This document shows, piece after piece, positions 57,119 through 64,000 of a stretch of 64,000 nucleotides of DNA. The stretch covers positions 4,489 through 68,488 of the forward strand of contig JBAYFJ010000001.1 in NCBI GenBank assembly GCA_041667245.1. Reading direction: 5' to 3'. The stretch is from Bacteroidales bacterium (GTDB lineage Bacteria > Bacteroidota > Bacteroidia > Bacteroidales > UBA932). The notes below the pieces were generated by a model. It was not told where the DNA came from, searched no databases, and saw only the letters and a program-made list of their open reading frames with translations. The stretch's first letter is position 1. Every line of letters starts with the position of its first letter. Both the position numbers and the translations under genes were made by a program.

Positions 57119-59581
57119 CTAAAAATCAAAACCAATGCTCACGTAGCCGCCCACCTTGTGGGTGAGAGACGACCAGTGGAGGTTAGCCTTTATAGGGCCG
57201 ATAATGGAATTGTAGGAATAAGTCACTCCCCCTCCGTAATGGAAATTGTTCTCGCTGCCAGCCTTGACGTTGTCGAAATCGTCAGACATATTGAAGATTC
57301 CGGTGATGTAGTTGTTCTTGAACAGTCTGAACCGAAAATCCACACGACCTATCATCAGATTGCTCTGCATAACGAAAGCATCGCTGACCCCTATGAACGG
57401 GAACTGCTGATCCATATAGCGGCCTGCCATACTGCCGCCCATAACATTCGAGAACATAATCGGAATGTCATTGCCGAACAGAAATCTGAACTGAACCTGC
57501 GGGATGATGGCTAACACTCTCGAAGCCGGGATCACGACCTTCGCATCGAATTTCGCAACGTGGAAAGGATTGACTCCGTGTTTCAGCCCCGCGAAACACC
57601 ATCTGTAATCCCCTGCGATAGAATAGCCTCGGTTTGGGAAATAGACATCGTCAAGAGTTTCGGCCTTGCCGTCAAAAAACAGAGAGAGATAGGAGTTTTT
57701 GTAATTGTCCGCGTCATAGTCGGCACCGGAAGACAGGTCCGTCATCAGCGAATTCAATTTGTAATAGTCGTTCTTAATTCCGGCTCTCAGATCAAACAGA
57801 GACCATTTCATATTTGAAAGATAGTACTCCTGACGCACATTCCAGAAAGAGATGTCGAAATGATTGTTGCCTATGCCGAATTTGTCGCCCTCAGTCCAAT
57901 GAAGCATAGCCATCGCATTGAGCGTCGGGAAGTTAGGAACATCATAAGAATAATGGAGAACGGCGTGAGGATTGGATCCGACCTTCCCCTCGAAATCCAG
58001 AGCCGATCCACGGAGACGGTGCACGTTAAATCCCACATTGACGAGAACCGCCACGATCTCGTCTGTGTCGAAACGGAAACCGAGTCCGAACTGATTCACC
58101 GGACCTCTCTTCGTGTCGAAGACAAGTTTGTAGGGATTCTTGGTACCGAGAAGCTCATAGGTCACGTAATCGAAGGCACCTGTGCCGTAAACTTTGCCCA
58201 CAGCTGCATCTATGTCCGTTTTCATCACCCTACTTCCCGGCTCGATGCCCACCTTGTCCAAAACGAACTCTTTGTCCTTGTCTTTGATGCCTTTGATTGA
58301 CACGTCTGAAATCCATATTGATGACAAGTCCAAATCCACCGCCGGCTTAGCTTTCGGAATCAGATTAGGCGAACCTACCAGACGTTTGACCGAGTCAAGT
58401 TTGGAACTGACAAGAATCGAAGCCTCATAACCTCTGTTTATGATGGTGTCAATGCTTTCATGTGAGAAACTGAGCATATTGTAGTCATCAAGAGCCGGTT
58501 TTATCACAACATCGGGAATCGACTGATTGTACTCGTAAGCGGCCCTTCCGAGCATATCTATACCCTGCCCTATGATGTCACCGAGGTTGTTGATCTTGTC
58601 ATAAGTCCTGTAGGCGGAAGACAAGTCCACACCTATTATTATGTCAGCGCCGTATTGTCTCGCAAGGTCTGCCGGATAGTTGTCCCTCATACCTCCGTCC
58701 ACGAGTACCATACCTCCGGTTCTGACAGGAGAGAACATACCGGGAATCGACATAGTGGAACGCAAAGCGACCCTCAACTTGCCATCGTGCCAAATCTTAG
58801 CCTTCCCGGACACCATCTCGGTAGCGATGCACGTGAAAGGGATAGGCAAGTCCAAAAAGCTCATACTGTCCTGATAGCCGACACTCAAGGCGCTTATGAT
58901 GTTGGTAACGTTCTGTCCGTAGACGAAACCTGAAGGCAGGCTTCCGAGAAGATTGTCCTTGACCAGAGTTGTAGGGTCCTGCCCCGGAGCAGCTCCCAAA
59001 TGAAGCTTGTCGTATTTGTCGTTTTCAGGAGTGTACTGAATCTCGTCTTCTTTCTGAGCGATGTAATCCGATTTTCTGTAATAGAACGGGAATGAGAGAA
59101 GATACCTTTTCTTGTATTTGGCCTGGGAGTACGTCCAGTACTCGCGCGGAATCCTGTCACTCAAAGCGCTCGTCCAATCCATCCTTGTGAAAGCGGAATC
59201 AATCTGATCGGGAGAATAGCCGAGGCCTATCATTCCTCCCACAAGACCTCCCATACTCGTACCCAAAACCATATCCACAGGTATCCCCTTTTCTCTGAGA
59301 TACTTATAGACTCCTACGTGAGCGGCTCCCTTTGCCCCGCCTCCGCAAAGCACCAAGGCCACGGTAGGACGGGTTTTGCGAATCTGAGCCATCTTTTTTT
59401 TCATTATCGCCACGGCGGCGGAATCAGACTGCGGATTAAGGCCGTAGATAGAGACCGGAAAGGCTACGCTGTCCGGAAAATTCAATAATGGACTGTCACT
59501 CACGTCTGCCGAAGACTCCTGTAACGGAAGAACGGCAAGAATCAAAGTGAGAAGCAGCAGTTTTAAATAGTTTTTCATCAT
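57119..59581 (-). CDS. Patatin-like phospholipase with POTRA and C-terminal beta-barrel (PlpD-like)
   Basis: GGGAKG.AH, GTSMG, MSIP..F.P, VDGG; C-terminal GFDF beta-signal; signal peptide. Confidence 0.88.
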   Translation of the reverse strand: MMKNYLKLLLLTLILAVLPLQESSADVSDSPLLNFPDSVAFPVSIYGLNPQSDSAAVAIMKKKMAQIRKTRPTVALVLCGGGAKGAAHVGVYKYLREKGIPVDMVLGTSMGGLVGGMIGLGYSPDQIDSAFTRMDWTSALSDRIPREYWTYSQAKYKKRYLLSFPFYYRKSDYIAQKEDEIQYTPENDKYDKLHLGAAPGQDPTTLVKDNLLGSLPSGFVYGQNVTNIISALSVGYQDSMSFLDLPIPFTCIATEMVSGKAKIWHDGKLRVALRSTMSIPGMFSPVRTGGMVLVDGGMRDNYPADLARQYGADIIIGVDLSSAYRTYDKINNLGDIIGQGIDMLGRAAYEYNQSIPDVVIKPALDDYNMLSFSHESIDTIINRGYEASILVSSKLDSVKRLVGSPNLIPKAKPAVDLDLSSIWISDVSIKGIKDKDKEFVLDKVGIEPGSRVMKTDIDAAVGKVYGTGAFDYVTYELLGTKNPYKLVFDTKRGPVNQFGLGFRFDTDEIVAVLVNVGFNVHRLRGSALDFEGKVGSNPHAVLHYSYDVPNFPTLNAMAMLHWTEGDKFGIGNNHFDISFWNVRQEYYLSNMKWSLFDLRAGIKNDYYKLNSLMTDLSSGADYDADNYKNSYLSLFFDGKAETLDDVYFPNRGYSIAGDYRWCFAGLKHGVNPFHVAKFDAKVVIPASRVLAIIPQVQFRFLFGNDIPIMFSNVMGGSMAGRYMDQQFPFIGVSDAFVMQSNLMIGRVDFRFRLFKNNYITGIFNMSDDFDNVKAGSENNFHYGGGVTYSYNSIIGPIKANLHWSSLTHKVGGYVSIGFDF

Positions 59582-60615
59582 TCATCCTTATTATTGTTCT
59601 GACGGCCTGCGAGCATTCCGCACGCAGCCAGTATGTCTTCTCCTCTGGAAGACCTTATGGTACAGGTAATTCCCTGATGGTTCAGTCTGTCTCTGAAGGA
59701 TTCCATAATGGCCTGAGTGGAGGAAATGTAAGGAAAATCGGGTATTTTGTGGAATCGGATCAGATTCACCCTGCACTCCAGTCCCTCAAGCATTCGCTTC
59801 AGCTCGTCCGCGTGATTCTTGTTGTCATTCACCCCGGCGAACATAGTGTACTCGAAACTGACTCTTCTCTGTCCAGAGAAGTCGTACTGTTTCACCAGAT
59901 TGACGACTTCAGCGATCGGATAGGCCTTCTCAGCCGGCATAAGGGCGGCTCTCTCCTCTGAAAATGGATTGTGAAGACTGACAGCCAGATGGCAACGGCA
60001 TTCGTCAAGATAGCGTTTCAGATTAGGCAGCACTCCTATCGTGGAGAGCGTAATTCTTTTTGGACTCCATCCGAAGCCCCAGTCCGAAGTAAGCGCATCT
60101 ATGGCTTTCATCACATTGTCATAGTTGTCCAGAGGCTCGCCCATCCCCATAAACACGGCATTGGTAAGCGATTCTGTCTCGTCAATGGCTATGAACTGAG
60201 ACAGAATGTCAGCAACGGAAAGGTTGCCGTGAAAGCCCTGCCTACCGGTCATACAGAATTTACAGCCCATTTTGCAGCCCGCCTGGGAAGACACGCAGAG
60301 GGTCTTTCTGTCCTCATCCGGAATCATCACCGCCTCAATCGATGTGTCGGAGCATGAAACCGGGAAAAGATATTTTTTTGTTCCGTCCGTGGAAATCTGA
60401 CAATCGGAAGGTCGGCAAAGACCTATCTCGCAATTTGCCTCAAGGAGAGCCCTCCCCGCCTTTGAGATGTCAGTCATATCATCAAAGCTTCCCGCCTTTT
60501 TGACGTAAAGCCACTTAGCAAGCTGTTTTCCCGTGAAAGGAGGCAGGCCGAGTCCGACAGCGACGGACTTCAATTCCTCAGGATTTTTTCCCAATAATAT
60601 TGTTCTTGTACTCAT
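59578..60615 (-). CDS. rlmN: 23S rRNA m2A2503 radical SAM methyltransferase
   Basis: CVSSQ.GC.MGC.FC.TG, MGMGEP, SLH, R.SRG.DI.AACG.L. Start 60615; the track's extension to 60891 overlaps recA. Confidence 0.95.
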   Translation of the reverse strand: MSTRTILLGKNPEELKSVAVGLGLPPFTGKQLAKWLYVKKAGSFDDMTDISKAGRALLEANCEIGLCRPSDCQISTDGTKKYLFPVSCSDTSIEAVMIPDEDRKTLCVSSQAGCKMGCKFCMTGRQGFHGNLSVADILSQFIAIDETESLTNAVFMGMGEPLDNYDNVMKAIDALTSDWGFGWSPKRITLSTIGVLPNLKRYLDECRCHLAVSLHNPFSEERAALMPAEKAYPIAEVVNLVKQYDFSGQRRVSFEYTMFAGVNDNKNHADELKRMLEGLECRVNLIRFHKIPDFPYISSTQAIMESFRDRLNHQGITCTIRSSRGEDILAACGMLAGRQNNNKDE

Positions 60616-60714
60616 TATCTGCAAATTTAACAATAAAAGGGAAAATCTCATTTTTTTGTATAACTTTGCGTATTCGGACATTCGTGTGTTGAGTACTAAA
60701 AATTCAGAAATATT

Positions 60715-61746
60715 ATGGCAAAAGCTGTTGAGCAAGAGAACGTAGATGTCAATGCGGCGAAGATGAAAGCTTTGCAGGCAACTATCGACAAAATTGAGAA
60801 AGATTACGGAAAAGGGACTATTATGAAGCTGGGGGACCAGCCGAAATGGGATGTTCAGGTGATACCGAGCGGGTCCATCGCATTGGATCACGCATTAGGG
60901 ATAGGAGGCTATCCGAGAGGCAGGATCATTGAGATCTACGGTCCTGAGTCGAGCGGCAAGACAACGCTTGCCATTCACGCTATCGCACAGGCCCAGAAGA
61001 AGGGAGGAATAGCGGCTATGATTGACGCGGAGCACGCTTTCGACAGGACTTATGCCAAGAATCTGGGGGTAAATTTAGAGACACTGCTAATCTCCCAGCC
61101 GGACAACGGCGAGCAGGCTCTTGAGATTGCTGACAATCTTATCCGTTCCGGGGCCGTGGACATCGTGGTCATAGACTCAGTAGCCGCACTTACTCCGAAG
61201 GCGGAAATCGAAGGCGAGATGGGAGACAACAAACTCGGTCTTCAGGCAAGACTGATGAGTCAGGCTCTTAGAAAGTTGACCGCAAACATCAGCAAGACAA
61301 ACACTTGCTGCATTTTCATAAACCAGCTTCGAGAGAAGATCGGCGTGATGTTCGGCAATCCGGAGACTACCACCGGCGGCAACGCACTGAAATTCTATTC
61401 CTCGGTCAGAGTGGACGTGAGAAGAATCAACCAGATCAAAGACGGAGACGAAGCCACCGGCAACAGAACGAGGGTCAAAGTCGTTAAGAACAAGATGGCC
61501 CCTCCTTTCAAGAAAGCGGAATTCGACATAGTCTACGGCACGGGAATCTCTCACAGCGGCGAAGTTCTTGATTTGGGAGTTGACCTGAATGTGGTAGACA
61601 AAAGCGGTTCATGGTTCAGTTACAACGGGCAAAAGCTCGCACAAGGGCGCGAGGGGACGAAAAAGCTTCTTGAGGACAATCAGGAGCTTTGCGATGAAAT
61701 AGAGAGCAAGATCAGAGAGGCCTTGGACAAACACGTGGAAGATTAA
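60715..61746 (+). CDS. recA: Recombinase A
   Basis: [48 protein letters not shown]. -7 TAACTTTG at 60661-60668. Confidence 0.99.
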   Translation: MAKAVEQENVDVNAAKMKALQATIDKIEKDYGKGTIMKLGDQPKWDVQVIPSGSIALDHALGIGGYPRGRIIEIYGPESSGKTTLAIHAIAQAQKKGGIAAMIDAEHAFDRTYAKNLGVNLETLLISQPDNGEQALEIADNLIRSGAVDIVVIDSVAALTPKAEIEGEMGDNKLGLQARLMSQALRKLTANISKTNTCCIFINQLREKIGVMFGNPETTTGGNALKFYSSVRVDVRRINQIKDGDEATGNRTRVKVVKNKMAPPFKKAEFDIVYGTGISHSGEVLDLGVDLNVVDKSGSWFSYNGQKLAQGREGTKKLLEDNQELCDEIESKIREALDKHVED

Positions 61747-61764
61747 ATTGGGTATATAAAAATT

Positions 61765-62754
61765 ATGGAAGTTGTTTTAAGCGGAATCAGAGCTACCGGC
61801 CATTTGCATCTTGGCAATTATTTCGGAGCCCTGAGAAATTTTGTAAAAATTCAGGAAAAGTTCAATTGCTACTATTTCGTGGCTGATCTTCATTCGCTCA
61901 CCACACATCCTCATCCGGCGGATTTTCACGAGAATGTCAAAATTATTCTCAGCGAGTATCTGGCGGCCGGTCTGGATCCGGACAAATGTACGATTTACGT
62001 TCAGAGTGATGTTCCTGAGACTTGCGAGCTTTACACTCTGCTGAATATGCTGGCCTACAAAGGCGAATTGGAAAGAACGGCGGCTTTCAAGGACAAAGTC
62101 CGCAAAAATCCGGACAATGTCAATGCCGGACTTCTGACTTATCCTGTTCTGATGGCATCCGATATTCTCATTCACAGATCCAACTGGGTGCCGGTGGGCA
62201 AAGACCAGGATCAGCATCTTGAGATGGCGAGAGTCTATGCTCACAGATTCAACAATATGTATGGGGTGGAATTGTTCCCCGAGCCGCACGCAATGGATCC
62301 TCTCGGAGGGCCGGTAAAGGTTCCGGGACTGGATGGGAACGGCAAAATGGGCAAGAGCGAGGGTAACGGGATATATCTTTGCGATGATGAGAAGACCATA
62401 CACAAGAAAATAATGAAGGCGGTCACGGATGAAGGTCCTAAAGAGCCGAACAGTCCGATGCCGGTGGTAATCGAGAACCTCTTCACTTTGCTCAAGCTCG
62501 TGTCAACCACTGACACGGTGAAGTTCTTTGAGGAGAAATGGAACGACTGCTCCATTCGTTACGGAGATCTGAAGAAACAGCTTGCCGAGGACGTGTGCAA
62601 AGTCACGCTCCCCATCAGAGCGAGAATCGATGACATAGCCAACGACAGCGATTATCTGCACAAAGTCACTCAGCAAGGCAGGGACAAGGCCCGTGCCAGC
62701 GCTTCAGCCACTTTGGAGTTGGCGAGAGAAGCCATAGGAATTCATCGCTTTTAG
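61765..62754 (+). CDS. trpS: Tryptophanyl-tRNA synthetase
   Basis: HLGNY (HIGH), YPVLMA.DIL, VPVG.DQ.QH.E, KMGKS (KMSKS). Confidence 0.96.
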   Translation: MEVVLSGIRATGHLHLGNYFGALRNFVKIQEKFNCYYFVADLHSLTTHPHPADFHENVKIILSEYLAAGLDPDKCTIYVQSDVPETCELYTLLNMLAYKGELERTAAFKDKVRKNPDNVNAGLLTYPVLMASDILIHRSNWVPVGKDQDQHLEMARVYAHRFNNMYGVELFPEPHAMDPLGGPVKVPGLDGNGKMGKSEGNGIYLCDDEKTIHKKIMKAVTDEGPKEPNSPMPVVIENLFTLLKLVSTTDTVKFFEEKWNDCSIRYGDLKKQLAEDVCKVTLPIRARIDDIANDSDYLHKVTQQGRDKARASASATLELAREAIGIHRF

Positions 62755-62784
62755 CCTTTTCTATTTGAACATTACGCTGCTTTG

Positions 62785-63765
62785 TCACTCCGCGGGAGAG
62801 ATGAGGCAGCGTTTCAGTTTTTCAGCCATTCCATCCTTCAACACTCCTGCGGCATCGAGAGCATCGATTGTCCATCGGGATTTGGGATTGTTGTTTCTGA
62901 ACACTACTATCGAATGGGCGGAATAGCTTCTCAGATAAGGATGCTTGCGCAGCTCTTCCTCAGGAAGCGTCCAAAGGTCGTAAGGAGTTGATGTGGAAAG
63001 ATTTAGCTCTATCAAATCTGAAAGTGAATCATACTTCTGACGATCAAAATTGTAGATGTCCAAAAGCTGTTCCTTGTAGGAATAACCGCAGAGTTCGGTG
63101 CGGTAGGAGACCATTTTTGATGCGAAGTACTTGCCTATCCCGGGAAGCGACTCGAAAGCAGCGGAATCAGCCGTGTTCAAATCCGTCTTAGGAATCGTGA
63201 TGCACTTCTCAAGCCTTTGATAGACTGAGTCCGCCACCACGTAGGATTTGGCAAAATCAGTCTTACGGTAGAAATGTCCGCCTTTCCGTCTGTAATTGTC
63301 TATGGACTCAGCCTGTTTCTCAGAAAAACCGAGACGGCACAAATCACTGATTGACACAGTGTTGGGATTGAACTTAAAAGATTCTGTCTTCTTGTGAGCC
63401 TTTGAATTCAGAAATTTGCCCACTTCCTCGCTATGGTCTGAATCTCTTCTTATTATGACCATTCCTCCTCCGGTCATCGTTTGTCCTCCGCTTTTTTCAA
63501 AGGAATCGGATCTTTCAATCCTCTCGGAACCTTCGGCATTCCCATCCGCCAGTTCTGATTTAAGGATTTCTCTCGCCAGAGTTTCGTCAATGACATAGAC
63601 GGTGTCTGGATGATCCCGGTGCCCGAGAATCCGCATCTCGGCTGCCCTCTTAACGAACAAAGCCGTCTGGTAACCGATTACCAGAAAAATAAGAGCCACC
63701 GCTCCCGTCACGAATGATGCGGATAATGCTGACCTTTTACCTTTGTCCCGCCTCTTCTCCCCCAC
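62785..63765 (-). CDS. ComEA-like helix-hairpin-helix repeat membrane protein
   Basis: N-terminal TM; FNPN.....L..LG, DLN.AD......LPGIG...A, L.KHPY. Start uncertain: GTG 63765 (after GGAGGAG) or TTG 63813. Confidence 0.8.
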   Translation of the reverse strand: MGEKRRDKGKRSALSASFVTGAVALIFLVIGYQTALFVKRAAEMRILGHRDHPDTVYVIDETLAREILKSELADGNAEGSERIERSDSFEKSGGQTMTGGGMVIIRRDSDHSEEVGKFLNSKAHKKTESFKFNPNTVSISDLCRLGFSEKQAESIDNYRRKGGHFYRKTDFAKSYVVADSVYQRLEKCITIPKTDLNTADSAAFESLPGIGKYFASKMVSYRTELCGYSYKEQLLDIYNFDRQKYDSLSDLIELNLSTSTPYDLWTLPEEELRKHPYLRSYSAHSIVVFRNNNPKSRWTIDALDAAGVLKDGMAEKLKRCLISPAE

Positions 63766-64000
63766 AATTCTCCTCCCCTCTATTATGCTTACAGTCCGGA
63801 GCGCCTCCGACAACGATAACTATTTCTCCTTTAGGCTCGTGCTCCTCAAACCATGATTTCACCTCGGAGAGAGTGCCCCTTCTGTGTTCCTCGTGTATTT
63901 TTGAAATCTCACGGGCGACGGAGCACGGTCTGTCCCCTCCGAAATACTCAGCAAACTGACACAGAGTCTTGACAAGTCTGTACGGCGATTCGTAGAACAC
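63737..64000 (-). CDS. rsmI: 16S rRNA C1402 2'-O-methyltransferase, C-terminal part
   Basis: FYESP.RL.KTL, AREISK.HEE..RGTL, KGE.VIVV.G; runs off the window. Confidence 0.93.
   Translation of the reverse strand: MFYESPYRLVKTLCQFAEYFGGDRPCSVAREISKIHEEHRRGTLSEVKSWFEEHEPKGEIVIVVGGAPDCKHNRGEENCGGEEAGQR

Noticed and set aside
60616-60891. N-terminal extension of rlmN in the ORF track (also 36054-36317, 40653-40775, 52050-52106, 1169-1228)
   Set aside because: The extensions overlap neighbouring genes or contain the -7 promoter element; family-like sequence starts at the downstream ATG.
42622-63765. Competence system from dprA, recX, recA and the comEA-like gene
   Set aside because: The genes are scattered, common in Bacteroidota, and no uptake machinery is present in the window.

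Overview
A gene-dense, mostly housekeeping window from a Bacteroidales chromosome. The phylum assignment rests on repeated TAnnTTTG -7 promoter elements, Gln-at-+1 signal peptides, D(S/T)x glycosylation sequons and a Porin_10-type gene; a finer placement such as an uncultured gut or rumen lineage would be inference. About 50 CDS are supported: wza/wzc, an ArnT-like GT, a YtrA-type GntR/ABC operon, rimP-nusA-infB-tmk-doxX-folP-purB, two sugar kinases and two nucleotidyltransferases, pncB, uvrD, porin-mltF, pepO, rsmF-like, pyrE, queA, dprA-tatD-ansA, exbB-X-exbD-exbD, pgi-anSME, purC, recX, a patatin outer-membrane protein, rlmN, recA, trpS, comEA-like and rsmI. There is also an ADP-ribosylglycohydrolase pseudogene that the ORF track shows only as a 67-aa fragment. 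I saw no tRNA, rRNA, IS, integrase, CRISPR array or intact defence island. Strongest second-look items: a secreted GDPD-GH31 fusion; a porin N-terminal segment in which all 12 Asp residues sit in O-glycosylation sequons; an AmgK-RapZ-C fusion next to MurU; a ~10-nt-period repeat array plus a basic uORF between nusA and infB; and two very compact back-to-back bidirectional promoters. All product calls come from motif recognition by eye; no database searches were run.
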